DNA of 64,000 nucleotides, from the NCBI GenBank assembly GCA_964016885.1, contig OZ024757.1:2666001-2730000 (forward strand), in the 5' to 3' direction. Under the pieces are notes generated by a model, which did not search any database, was not told the origin of the DNA, and saw only the letters and a program-made list of their open reading frames with translations. This stretch comes from Eledone cirrhosa. Lineage: Eukaryota. Positions 1 through 11,537 of this stretch are shown in pieces. Positions within the stretch are counted from its first letter, which is position 1. Each line of letters opens with the position of its first letter. Position numbers and translations under genes: made by a program.

Positions 1-135
1 AAACCACGTGTCTGATCAGCTATTGATTCGTTAGTCAGGCCTGATCGATATGGATCAGACCTTGAACTGATCAATCACGAAACGCGCGTAAAACCTGAAT
101 AAACTTAATGATATGTTGACACTTCGTTTTTACTC

Positions 136-478
<343 letters not shown>

Positions 479-494
479 TATATATATATATATA

Positions 495-785
495 AGAAAG
501 ACGCGTTCCGAGTTGTCCGACAGACAACCTTTTCCCCCACCCCGGAAAAAACCCCAGTTGATGGATGTGAATCCGAAATATATAGGGACTATTAAATCTC
601 TCCCAAGGTAACTCTCTCTCTCTTGTGTTGTTATTATTATTTTTATTCTTTTACTCTTCCCTTCATTCTACACATCTCACGCATCTCAACGTACACCCAC
701 TTACATATCTCTCTCTCCACCACCGGACCTTGTTACCCGGAGATTTACCCATTTGCATTGTCGAGGCTTCCAAACGACTTATAAA
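495..785 (+). repeat. Interspersed repeat, second copy inverted at ~51850-52130
   Basis: Near-identical sequence (ttacccggagatttaccca...gaggcttccaaacgactt) occurs on the minus strand at 51850-52130. Both copies abut (TA)n. Confidence 0.8.
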
Positions 786-859
786 TATATATATATATAT
801 ATATATATAGTAATAATAATAAATTTGATAATAATAATAAATAGATATATATATATATG

Positions 860-1275
860 GAAAGAGTGAAGAATAACATGGTCAACAGTACAAAAAGGGT
901 TTTATTTACAGTATTAACAATTGTTTGATTGGTTAAGTTGTTTTAAAATTGCTAATCACTTGAAGATGTGTCACTCAATTTTAAATACGATGTATGCTTA
1001 ACCAAATCATCGGAAATTTTAAGACAAATTAATCAATGAAACAATTGTTAATACTGTAAATAAAACCCTTTTTGTACTGTTGACCATGTTATTCTTCAGT
1101 CTTTCACTATTATTACTCCAAGATTAACTTACATAGGAACTCCCGAGAACTCACAAACTCGCTACCTAAGGAAAGGACTTGTTGAGTCAAACAACGCCGT
1201 ACGCTAAAACTATCCACAATACGGTGTATTCACAACTTCTAACTGGATTACCTATAACGATAACTTGTTATCCCT
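860..1275 (+). mobile_element. Fold-back element with degenerate HHR 3' half plus unique tail
   Basis: Arms ~860-950 and ~1015-1106 are inverted repeats containing GAAACAATTGTT followed by AATAAA. The tail runs to (TA)n at ~1276. Confidence 0.6.
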
Positions 1276-1290
1276 TATATATATATATAT

Positions 1291-1436
1291 ATTATTTCTG
1301 AAGACGGCATATATATGAGTTGGTATGTATATTTGATTTTGATAGTTTGTATAATTTTGTATAATTTTGTACATAGATCTGTTAAATATACATGCCAATT
1401 CTAATATATATATCCCAGAAACGATCGTTAAATAAT
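1291..1436 (+). ncRNA. Type I hammerhead ribozyme with long stem II
   Basis: ATTATTT(1291)-CTGAAGA(1298)-~110 nt hairpin-GAAAC GATC GTT(1418-1429)-AAATAAT. Stem I is a perfect 7 bp and loop III is palindromic. Confidence 0.7.
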
Positions 1437-1493
1437 GAACTTTTTTTGTTTAATATAAGGAACTGTTTCATTGTTTTATTCATTATTTTTTTA

Positions 1494-1540
<47 letters not shown>

Positions 1541-1543
<3 letters not shown>

Positions 1544-1922
1544 ATCTGAGTTTTTCGAATATTAATAACATTCGATTCGTTTGCAATTATGCAAACAAGC
1601 CTCAATTTTATAGCCATGCTAATATACAGATCTGACTGATCAGCCAGTCTGCTAATATGCAAATCAGGCCGATCAGTCACTGTGTACTTTTGAAAATAGC
1701 ATATATTTTCACTAGCTCTGAGAGTTTGGCAGGCGAACAGTGAGCTGTACTGATGAAGGGTGATACCCAGAAATATTAGTATCTGCAGTTCTGTTCGCAT
1801 GCCAACACAAGAGCAAGAATGAAGGATTCATTCTACTGACATGGCTATAAAATTGAGGCTTGTTTGCATGATTGCAAACGAATCGAATGTTGTTATTAAT
1901 ATTCGAAGAGCTCAGATTACAT
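1541..1922 (+). mobile_element. Fold-back element with an HHR in the spacer
   Basis: Arms 1541-1618 and 1840-1922 are inverted. The spacer holds GAGCTGTA-CTGATGA(1750)-aGGGTgatACCCa-GAA ATA ttag TAT C-TGCAGTTC, with stem I extended by gcgaacag/ctgttcgc. Confidence 0.75.
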
Positions 1923-1967
1923 TTATTGTATTCAGTCATGTAGAGCGAACATCTTCTTTATATATAA

Positions 1968-2016
<49 letters not shown>

Positions 2017-2362
2017 GGTGAGTGGTTAGAGAATTGGATTCGTAATTGTAAGGTCGATTCCCGGACACTTTATTTCACGTATATATAGTATTAGCAATTA
2101 GAAAGACCAATGGAAACATTGTTTCCTTTGTCCGATTTGACGAAAGTCGATCGTTCCTATATATATATATTTATTTAGGTTTGTTGGTTCACAAGTGGAT
2201 AGAACTGGTCATTCCGTATGGTCAACCTCGATGTAATATTAGGGAGAGCACTCGACGTAATGCAACTCACCCGTCTTCGTTTGTGTTGTTGGTGGTGCGA
2301 GTACGGAATTAATTATTATAAAATAACAGGAGGAGGCTGGAGTGGTGTAATTCCTTAAAAGG

Positions 2363-2426
2363 TTTATTATACTATGAACATTTCAATGACCGGGTTGAGT
2401 ATGAATCCGGTGACATCATCAGGTAT
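2363..2426 (-). ncRNA. Type I hammerhead ribozyme followed by AATAAA
   Basis: Minus strand: ATAC-CTGATGA-tgtcaccgg...ccggtcatt-GAA AT gttc AT A-GTAT-AATAAA. Confidence 0.7.
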
Positions 2427-2629
2427 TCGAAATATAACAAAGGAATATAATAGACACAATCCAAGGGGCTGAAAATCAGAGACATGAGGGCGGCCGAACA
2501 TTTAGTAGCTGCCAGTCCGGTTGGCCGCCTTCATATATATATATATCTGCATTCACCTCTCTCACCCACCTTTCAACAAACTGACCGGAAGGCAGCATTT
2601 CCCTCTCCCAATAATAATAAACGTATGGG

Positions 2630-3030
2630 CAGTGGTGGTCATCAGATACAGTGGGGCAATAGCTGGGGTCATCAGGTATAGTGGGGCAATAGCTGGGGTC
2701 ATCAGGTATAGTGGGGCAATAGCTGGGGTCATCAGGTATAGTGGGGCAATAGTCGAGGTCATCAGGTACAGTGGGGGCAATAGCCGGGGTCATCAGGTAC
2801 AGACGGGCAATAGCTGGGGTCATCAGTTATAGTGGGACAATAGCTGGGGTCATCAGGTAGAGTGGGACAATAGCTGCGTCATCAAGTACAGACTGGCAAT
2901 AGCTGGGGTCAACAGGTACAGTTGGTGAATAGTCAAGGTCATGTGGTACAGTAGGGCAATAGTCGGGGGTCATCAAGTACAGTGTGGCAGTAGTCGGGGT
3001 CATCATGTACAGTTAGTCAATAGTCGGATG
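2630..3030. repeat. 30-bp minisatellite (ggggtcatcaggtatagtggggcaatagct), ~13 copies
   Basis: Direct tandem periodicity that degenerates towards 3030. Confidence 0.9.
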
Positions 3031-3081
3031 GACCGAACAGATTAATAGAAACATGTTGGAGAAAGAAACAATATCAGCCGC

Positions 3082-4805
3082 TCTCTGATAGGTTTGTCGT
3101 AGAACCTGTAACAGTAGAGACCTCTGGTGGTGGTGGACCTCACACCACATGTGATAGGTTTAACGTAGAACTTGTAACAGTAGAGACCTCTGGTGGTGGT
3201 GGACCTCACACCACATGTGATAGGTCTGTCGTAGAACCTGTAACAGTAGAGATCTCTGGTGGTGGTGGACCTCACACCACATGTGATAGGTTTAACGTAG
3301 AACTTGTAACAGTAGAGACCTCTGGTGGTGGTGGACCTCACACCACATGTGATAGGTTTGTGGTAGAACCTGTAACAGTAGAGACCTCTGGTGGTGGTGG
3401 ACCTCACACCACATGTGATAGGTTTGTGGTAGAACCTGTAACAGTAGTGACCTCTGGTGGTGGTGGACCTCACACCACATGTGATAGGTTTGACGTAGAA
3501 CTTGTAACAGTAGTGACCTCTGGTGGTGGTGGACCTCACACCACATGTGATAGGTTTGTGGTAGAACCTGTAACAGTAGATACCTCTGGTGGTGGTGGAC
3601 CTCACACCACATGTGATAGGTTTGTGGTAGAACCTGTAACAGTAGTGACCTCTGGTGGTGGACCTCACACCACATGTGATAGGTTTGTGGTAGAACCTGT
3701 AACAGTAGAGACCTCTGGTGGTGGTGGACCTCACACCACATGTGATAGATTTGTGGTAGAACCTGTAACAGTAGTGACCTCTGGTGGTGGACGTCACACC
3801 ACATGTGATAGGTTTGTGGTAGAACCTGTAACAGTAGTGACCTCTGGCGGTGGTGGACCTCACACCACATGTGATAGGTTTGTGGTAGAACCTGTAACAG
3901 TAGTGACCTCTGGCGGTGGTGGACCTCACACCACATGTGATAGGTTTGTGGTAGAACCTGTAACAGTAGTGACCTCTGGTGGTGGACCTCACACCACATG
4001 TGATAGGTTTGTGGTAGAACCTGTAACAGTAGTGACCTCTGGCGGTGGTGGACCTCACACCACATGTGATAGATTTGTGGTAGAACCTGTAACAGTAGTG
4101 ACCTCTGGCGGTGGACCTCACACCACATGTGATAGGTTTGTGGTAGAACCTGTAACAGTAGTGACCTCTGGCGGTGGTGGACCTCACACCACATGTGATA
4201 GGTTTGTGGTAGAACCTGTAACAGTAGTGACCTCTGGCGGTGGTGGACCTCACACCACATGTGATAGGTTTGTGGTAGAACCTGTAACAGTAGTGACCTC
4301 TGGCGGTGGTGGACCTCACACCACATGTGATAGGTTTGTGGTAGAACCTGTAACAGTAGTGACCTCTGGCGGTGGTGGACCTCACACCACATGTGATAGG
4401 TTTGTGGTAGAACCTGTAACAGTAGTGACCTCTGGCGGTGGTGGACCTCACACCACATGTGATAGGTTTGTGGTAGAACCTGTAACAGTAGTGACCTCTG
4501 GCGGTGGTGGACCTCACACCACATGTGATAGATTTGTGGTAGAACCTGTAACAGTAGTGACCTCTGGCGGTGGTGGACCTCACACCACATGTGATAGGTT
4601 TGTGGTAGAACCTGTAACAGTAGTGACCTCTGGCGGTGGTGGACCTCACACCACATGTGATAGGTTTGTGGTAGAACCTGTAACAGTAGTGACCTCTGGC
4701 GGTGGTGGACCTCACACCACATGTGATAGGTTTGTGGTAGAACCTGTAACAGTAGTGACCTCTGGCGGTGGTGGACCTCACACCACATGTGATAGATTTG
4801 TGGTA
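3082..4805. repeat. 66-bp minisatellite with 63-bp variants, ~26 copies
   Basis: Unit tgataggtttgtggtagaacctgtaacagtagtgacctctggcggtggtggacctcacaccacatg. It accounts for the 512-, 519- and 629-aa ORFs. Confidence 0.95.
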
Positions 4806-5054
4806 CCTGCTGCAGTGGAGACTTCCAGCATCCTTGGGTCCCGGACAACAATCGTCACTGCTATCGGAGCGGGGTTGGTTGCCCCACCCCCTCCATAGAT
4901 GCACCACCCCCTCCATAGATACGAGTCCCATGAAGAGGACTGTCTTCTTTTCAAACCTTTGGTAGTGGAGACTTCAAGCGTTCCTGGCCTCCCAACTACA
5001 TCATTATTAACTGCTGTAAGGGCAGAGTTGCCCCCCTCCGGGCCACATCACAGG

Positions 5055-6128
5055 AGGCTGATTAGTCCGGTACTTATCCCGGTTTCATGGCGTGAAGTGA
5101 CTGAGAGTACAAGACTTCCCCTGGACAGGACACCAGTCTATGGTGTGACTGAGAGTACAAGACTTCCCCTGGACAGGACACCAGTCTATGGTGTGACTGA
5201 GAGTACAAGACTTCCCCTGGACAGGACACCAGTCTATGGTGTGACTGAGAGTACAAGACTTCCCCTGGACAGGACACCAGTCTATGGTGTGACTGAGAGT
5301 ACAAGACTTCCCCTTGGACAGGACACCAGTCTATGGTGTGACTGAGAGTACAAGACTTCCCCTTGGACAGGACACCAGTCTATGGTGTGACTGAGAGTAC
5401 AAGACTTCCCTTGGACAGGAAACCAGTCTATGGTGTGACTGAGAGTACAAGACTTCCCTTGGACAGGACACCAGTCTATGGTGTGACTGAGAGTACAAGA
5501 CTTCCCCTTGGACAGGACACCAGTCTATGGTGTGACTGAGAGTACAAGACTTCCCTTGGACAGGACACCAGTCTATGGTGTGACTGAGAGTACAAGACTT
5601 CCCCTTGGACAGGACACCAGTCTATGGTGTGACTGAGAGTACAAGACTTCCCCTGGACAGGACACCAGTCTATGGTGTGACTGAGAGTACAAGACTTCCC
5701 CTTGGACAGGACACCAGTCTATGGTGTGACTGAGAGTACAAGACTTCCCTTGGCCAGGACACCAGTCTATGGTGTGACTGAGAGTACAAGACTTCCCCTG
5801 GACAGGACACCAGTCTATGGTGTGACTGAGAGTACAAGACTTCCCCTTGGACAGGACACCAGTCTATGGTGTGACTGAGAGTACAAGACTTCCCTTGGAC
5901 AGGACACCAGTCTATGGTGTGACTGAGAGTACAAGACTTCCCTTGGACAGGACACCAGTCCATCGCAGGATTAACTCCCCAGCCATTGCTGTTGGTACTC
6001 ATTTTCAGCTGAGTATACTGGAGCAACGTGAAATGAAGTATTTTGCTCAAGAACACAACACACAACCCAGGAATCGAACTCACGACATTATAATCGTAAG
6101 TCCAACACCCTTACCACTAGGCCACCAC
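5055..6128 (-). mobile_element. tRNA-derived SINE (V-SINE-like core) with an internal 48-bp segment amplified ~18 times
   Basis: The minus strand starts with A box GTGGCCTAGTGG and B box GAGTTCGATTCC, and carries cctgcgatggactggtgtcctgtcc. The 48-bp array at 5095-5960 is that segment, and the SINE body resumes at 5095-5055. Confidence 0.75.
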
Positions 6129-6714
6129 ACATCTCCACACCAATAGTGAAGGAGTATAGGGATGGGTCACTAAAAAACTTAATGTTATTTGAAAAAAAAT
6201 TGGCATTTCACCAAATTCTTTCTCATTCTCTTTTCCTCCATCTTGTTCTCTCACCTGACATCCCCACCCCCGCTCTCTTTTAATGGACGAAATCAACGGT
6301 ATTCACACCTGGGAATGGTTAGGTTCCACCAGGTTTAAATTACCTGAGATACGTCATATATGACGACACCGTTCCCACAATTTAGCAGCCTCCCCTGATA
6401 AATTTATATTTATTGTTACCTGTCGTCATTGTTGTTGTTATTGTTGTGGTTGTTGTTGTTACTTTCTTTCCTTCCCCACCCACCTTCATTATGATATACC
6501 CCCCCCCCCCTCCCGCCACTACTTTCTGACTTTCATCTTTCCGTGTTCGATAAAATAAAGAACCAGTGAAAGACTTTAAAACATGTTAGCTTGATTTAGA
6601 ACCATTCATTCATTCTTTCTTATTTTTGCTCTTTCTCTTTTTCTCCTCCTCCTCCTCCTCCTCCTCCTCCTCCTCCTCTTCCTCCATCTCTCCTCCTCCT
6701 CCCACTTATTCCTG

Positions 6715-7590
6715 AGAGGGTCGTGGGGCAGAGTCCTCAAACACTCCTTTCATCGGACCCTGTCAGAAGCAACCGTCTCTAACAGGTGTGGTTGGATCCT
6801 CAGGCGAGACCAGCCAAGCACATGGACGTTTCCAACCATCTTGCTTGGGGTCTACCTTTGGATCTCCTGTCAGTTGGTTTTGCCCGTAAAATCAGTCCAG
6901 CGATTCTTTCCTGAAACACTCTCATCACATATCCACAATATCGGAGCTGTAATCTCTTTGGAGGATTCCGACTCCCACATTCAATGGTCTTGATTTAGCA
7001 CCATTTATCCTAACACAAATACTCGGGCATAAAGAGACATCAGAACAGCAAGAAGTTGACCCATACTCCTGCACAACCTTCCACAGTATGTCCTGAAGAA
7101 TGTGATCATATGCCTTTTCAAGGAATATCTCTCCTGTCTCCCTTTTTGAAAATTGGGATTAACACTGCCAATCACCATTGCTTAGGTGCCAGAGATCCAA
7201 GTCACCAGGTATACACGAATCAGCCAGAGAATACCTCCTCTATTGAAGGCTTTTAACATCTCGGGCCAGATTTCATCTTCCCCAGTGGCTTGGCTATATT
7301 TGAGCTCTTTAACTGCTCTTGTGACCTCAGCCTCTGAGGGATTAGTGACCACTCCCAGAAACACCTCGTGTACATCCAAAGATGTGATCAGGTTTAGGAG
7401 ATCAGCAAAGTATTCTCTCTACCTTGTGAGAATGCACCTCACTAGAGAGAGGAGAACCCCAGACGTGTTCTTGATAGCAGGTGTGGAGGTGGGCTTCTTA
7501 TTACGAAGTCAGATGGTCTGCCAGAACACTTTATTTGCTGATCTGAAGTCTGATTCCAGCTTAACCCCAAAGTCCTCCAAGAGAGGAAGA
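6715..7590 (-). mobile_element. Decayed, internally deleted RTE-clade LINE
   Basis: Minus-strand ATGEDEIWPEMLKA...IPIFKKGDRR is a pre-RT motif. The 3' part (6715-6970) is shared with 27070-27180 and 40760-40915. Confidence 0.7.
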
Positions 7591-7664
7591 CTCCTCAAAA
7601 GAAAGGCAAACATCAATAACATTAATTATTGTAACAAAATCTCTTTCGATTTCTAAAGTTTTAA

Positions 7665-8428
7665 CAACAACAACAATAACAGTAACATCACCACCACCAC
7701 CACCACCACCGACCACCACCAACAACACCAACACCAGCACCAACAACAACACCACCACCACCACCACCAACAACAACAACACCAACACCACTTCCACCAA
7801 CAACAACAACAACAACACCAACACCATCACCACAACCACCACCACCACCACCGACCACCACCAACAACACCACCACCACCACCACCACCACCAACCACCA
7901 ACCACCACCAACAACATCAACAATAACACCAACACCACCACTACCACCGCCAACACCACCACCATCATGAACACCATCACCACCACCACCAACACCACTA
8001 TCACAACCACCACCACCACCAACACCACCACCACCACCAACAACAATAACAAGACCACCAACACTACCACCAGCAGCACCACCACCACCAGCACCACCAC
8101 CACCACCAACAACAACACCAACTATAACGCCACCACCATCACCACCACCACCACTACCAACCACCACCAACAACACCAACCATAACACCTCCACCCCCAC
8201 TACCACTACCACCACCACTATCACCACCACCACCACCACCCCCACTGCCACCACCACCACCACCAACACCACCACCACCAACACCACCACCACCAACAAC
8301 AACAACACCACCAACAACAACACCACTATCACCACCACTACCACCACCACTGCCACCACCACCACCACTATCACCACCACCACTATCACCACCACCACCA
8401 CCACTATCACCACCACCACCACCAACAT
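7665..8428. repeat. (ACC/AAC)n compound trinucleotide microsatellite
   Basis: Seen directly in the sequence. Confidence 0.95.
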
Positions 8429-8504
8429 ACCCCCCCCTCTCTGTTTTTATATTTCACTCTCTGTTTCCCTATCTATCTCTCACACACATTCTCTCTATCT
8501 CCCC

Positions 8505-8800
8505 CCCCTGTCTCTATCTCTCTATCTCACACTCTCTGTCTGACTGTCTACCCCCCTCTCTCTATCTCTCTATCTCACACTCTCTGTCTGACTGTCTACC
8601 CCCCTCTCTCTATCTCTCTATCTCACACTCTCTGTCTGACTGTCTACCCCCCTCTCTCTATCTCTCTATCTCACACTCTCTGTCTGACTGTCTACCCCCC
8701 TCTCTCTATCTCTCTATCTCACACTCTCTGTCTGACTGTCTACCCCCCTCTCTCTATCTCTCTATCTCACACTCTCTGTTTGAATGTCTATCTACCCCCC
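8505..8800. repeat. CT-rich ~50-bp minisatellite
   Basis: Unit ctctctatctcacactctctgtctgactgtctacccccctctctctat, ~6 copies. Confidence 0.85.
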
Positions 8801-8997
8801 CCCCCCTCTCTTGAATAATGGTCCAACTAGTTTAATACTGGTTTAATCCTTATCTCTATAGATTCCGATCTGAGGAGGATCGGCTAAGATGAAACACTTG
8901 TTCTCAGTATGGTGAACTGTTGTGTAACCACTTCTACCTAACTCCTCCCTTCGACTCAGTGCTCTACCACTACCGATATTACCTGCCACTGTTCCAC

Positions 8998-9036
<39 letters not shown>

Positions 9037-9039
<3 letters not shown>

Positions 9040-9229
9040 TTAATATAGATGAGATTCTACAGGACTAGAACTGTTTCATTCTTTAGAAATCATCAGGGAT
9101 TCCTGATGATTTCTAAAGAATGAAACAGTTCTAGTCCTGTAGAATCTCATCTATATTAAAACTTTTATACTCTGCAATGTATTGAGTACCTTACTTACTG
9201 TGGTTACCTCCGATTCAACCCGGAATAAC

Positions 9230-9232
<3 letters not shown>
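9037..9232 (+). mobile_element. Perfect palindromic double-HHR element, family A
   Basis: 61-bp perfect arms at 9037-9097 and 9102-9162 with a GATT spacer. Plus-strand HHR: GATTC-CTGATGA-tttctaaagaat-GAA ACAG ttctagtc CTGT A-GAATC. A 70-nt tail follows, and (TA)n flanks both sides. Confidence 0.85.
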
Positions 9233-9265
<33 letters not shown>

Positions 9266-9270
<5 letters not shown>

Positions 9271-9618
9271 ATATTAAATAAATGGAAACTATATTTATAA
9301 AACCCTATTTATTTTATTATATATATTTCAAGGGTACCAAGCCAACCTTTGTGCGCTTTCATCAGATAGAATACAAAATTTGTTTTATAAATAGAGACAT
9401 ACCCATGAAAATCATACCTTATCGGTTGGAAGTGTACCAATGTTGTCTTGGTTACCCTTGAAATATATATAATAAAATAAATATGGTTTTTATAAATATA
9501 GTTTCCATTTATTTAATATCATTGAATATTTACTCCAGTAAACTGTTGAGTGCTCTAACTCAGTTATAAACATTTATATTTGTTGGACTTCCAACAAATT
9601 AAATACCCCTTCTACTTA
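9266..9618. mobile_element. Fold-back HHR element, family B
   Basis: Arms ~9266-9345 and ~9440-9523. Minus-strand HHR: ATTCTAT-CTGATGA-aag...ctt-GAA AT atat AT A-ATAAAAT. The tail contains tactc...gagtgc. Confidence 0.75.
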
Positions 9619-9689
9619 TATATATATATATATATATATATAATGGAAAAATTTGAACAGGGACAAAACAGAGAGGCAGTACAATAAAT

Positions 9690-9770
9690 GTTTATTAATT
9701 TCACGCTCAGGAGAGTGGGGAGTAGGTGGGGGACGACGTTTCGGGCATAAGCCCTTCCTCGGGTGAGAAG
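9690..9770 (-). ncRNA. Variant HHR-like motif of the PLE pLTR type
   Basis: Minus strand: CCGAGGA-aGGGCttatGCCC-GAAAC gtc GTC, with AATAAA ~35 nt downstream. The core has a U4->C change and stem I is poor. Confidence 0.5.
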
Positions 9771-9865
9771 TGTGTGGGAACAGAGTTCAAAAGGTGTGTA
9801 GGGGAGTGGTGGAGAGACATATAGCGAAAGGAAACGGTGCGAATGAAAAATATATATACAACAAA

Positions 9866-9947
<82 letters not shown>

Positions 9948-10030
9948 TTTGTTGATTATCATTCAACAAAGTTAATTTTATAACAGATTTGAAGCACTCT
10001 ACAGTTTTTATCTGGAGTATTTTTAATATT

Positions 10031-10290
10031 AACAATATTAATAAATGGAAAATATCTTCATGATACCATATTTATTTTATTATATTCCAATTTGTTGTGA
10101 TTTTGAATTATTACCTCACTGCCGTTAGCGAGCTTATACTATTAAATCTATGCTAAGGTATGCCAATATCTTAACACCAAATATTATATTTTATCTGATG
10201 AAAGCACACTAAAATTTTGTGTCCTTGAAATACGTATAATAAAATAAATATGGTATTATAAAGATATTTTCCATTTATTAATATTGTTTA
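10031..10290 (+). mobile_element. Fold-back HHR element, family B relative
   Basis: ATTTTAT-CTGATGA(10195)-aagcacac...gtgtcctt-GAA AT acgt AT A-ATAAAAT. Arms ~10031-10088 and ~10235-10289 are inverted. Confidence 0.8.
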
Positions 10291-10327
10291 TATAGTATTG
10301 TTTATATATATATATATATATATATCG

Positions 10328-10525
10328 TATACAAAATACTGAAGGGTAGATCCCAGTAAAGTAATCTAAAATAAGAACCCTTCACAAACATATTTTCCCA
10401 GGGATGGAGTCTTAGTTAAGCGACCTAAAGCTAGAAGACATCACTAAGTTTCCTTGTAGTGTGTTCTTATTTTAGAGTAGTTTACTAGGATCTACCGGTC
10501 ATCTACCCGTCAGTCGTTTTGTATA
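10328..10525. repeat. Imperfect inverted-repeat island between (TA)n tracts
   Basis: tatacaaaa..ctgaagggtagat..agtaaa..tctaaaataagaac pairs with gttcttattttaga..tttact..atctacc..tcag..ttttgtata. No intact HHR core was seen. Confidence 0.55.
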
Positions 10526-10588
10526 AGATCTTCTCTATGTATTTGCTTCTCTGAACGAGATTTATTTCAGCGATCTCTTAACATTGAG

Positions 10589-10627
<39 letters not shown>

Positions 10628-10632
<5 letters not shown>

Positions 10633-10882
10633 ATACTTTGGGAGGGTCATGCTACCAATAAAAACACACGCACCTGTTGATTTTCACTTCAATTTATTAT
10701 AAGTTCCCGGTTGGGTGTTTGGTTCAATAACCGGAAGGTTGTTTATATATTGTCAAAGGTCTTTCGTCACACATTCTGTAACCTCCTCAGTGACTTGGTT
10801 TTTATTTTTTGTTTCTCCCCTTTGTTCTGTACTATGCCATCTTGTTTTTATGTGTTGTGTAGAAAACGAATTCAAAAACGAA

Positions 10883-10885
<3 letters not shown>
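10628..10885 (-). mobile_element. HHR-bearing repeat, family C (other copies 13245-13482 and 52725-53030)
   Basis: Minus strand: GTCA-CTGAGGA-gGTTACAgaatgTGTGAC-GAAAGACCTT-TGAC. The shared body gggagggtcatg.t.ccaataa occurs in three copies. Confidence 0.7.
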
Positions 10886-10939
<54 letters not shown>

Positions 10940-10959
10940 CTATATTTTATTGTCACATC

Positions 10960-11170
10960 GGCAGTCTGATGAGCAGTTCGATAATGGAGTCGGGTCCATA
11001 ACTCCTATGGGTGAATCTGAACCAATCTTCTGCGAAACGCGCGTAACAGGTCAATACACAATAAAAATCTAATACATGTAAACGAAACCTCCTCGTTTTT
11101 TTTCTCATATATACACTCTGCTTGTGCGTCGAGTGCTTGTTTTGGTACCACCACCAGTAATTGACTGAAT
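10960..11170 (+). ncRNA. HHR-like motif with expanded stem II plus tail
   Basis: CTGATGA(10966)-GCAG...CTGC-GAAAC GCGC GTA, then AATAAA and a cactc...gagtgc tail. Stem I is weak. A similar gaaacgcgcgta...aataaa lies at 79-103. Confidence 0.6.
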
Positions 11171-11186
11171 CACATACACTCTCTAT

Positions 11187-11490
11187 CTAGGGTAGGTAAA
11201 ATTCCCGAGATCCATGGACGAGTTCTCTCCAGCGGTCTCTGTCCCTCATTATCGCTGCCATGTCCTGCGTCTCCAAGAGACCAGTGTCTGTCCTTAGGGC
11301 ATCAACATATGTCAACCTCGGTTTTCCTCTTCCAAGGTGTCCATGCAGGGGCTCCCACAGGACCACTGAGTGCAGTGTCAACTCTGGATGTCGGTGAGCA
11401 TGTCCAGCTAACCTCAGTCTCCTCTGTGCTACCTTCGAGCTGTCTTTTGGGAGGCTCCCATACAGCTCTGAGTTCTTCATCCTTAGTGTA
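11187..11490 (-). mobile_element. RTE-clade LINE 3' end fragment
   Basis: RRLRLAGHAHRHPE...VLWEP..G..GRGKPRLTYVD...RDRWRELV is a typical RTE C-terminus. Confidence 0.8.
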
Positions 11491-11505
11491 TACTGATTGT
11501 GTGTC

Positions 11506-11537
<32 letters not shown>

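Noticed and set aside
3082-5960. Regular arrays resembling CRISPR
   Set aside because: Units are contiguous near-identical repeats without unique spacers, there are no cas genes, and the context is eukaryotic.
7561-8428. Val/Gly/Thr-rich ORFs
   Set aside because: Trinucleotide microsatellite artefacts.
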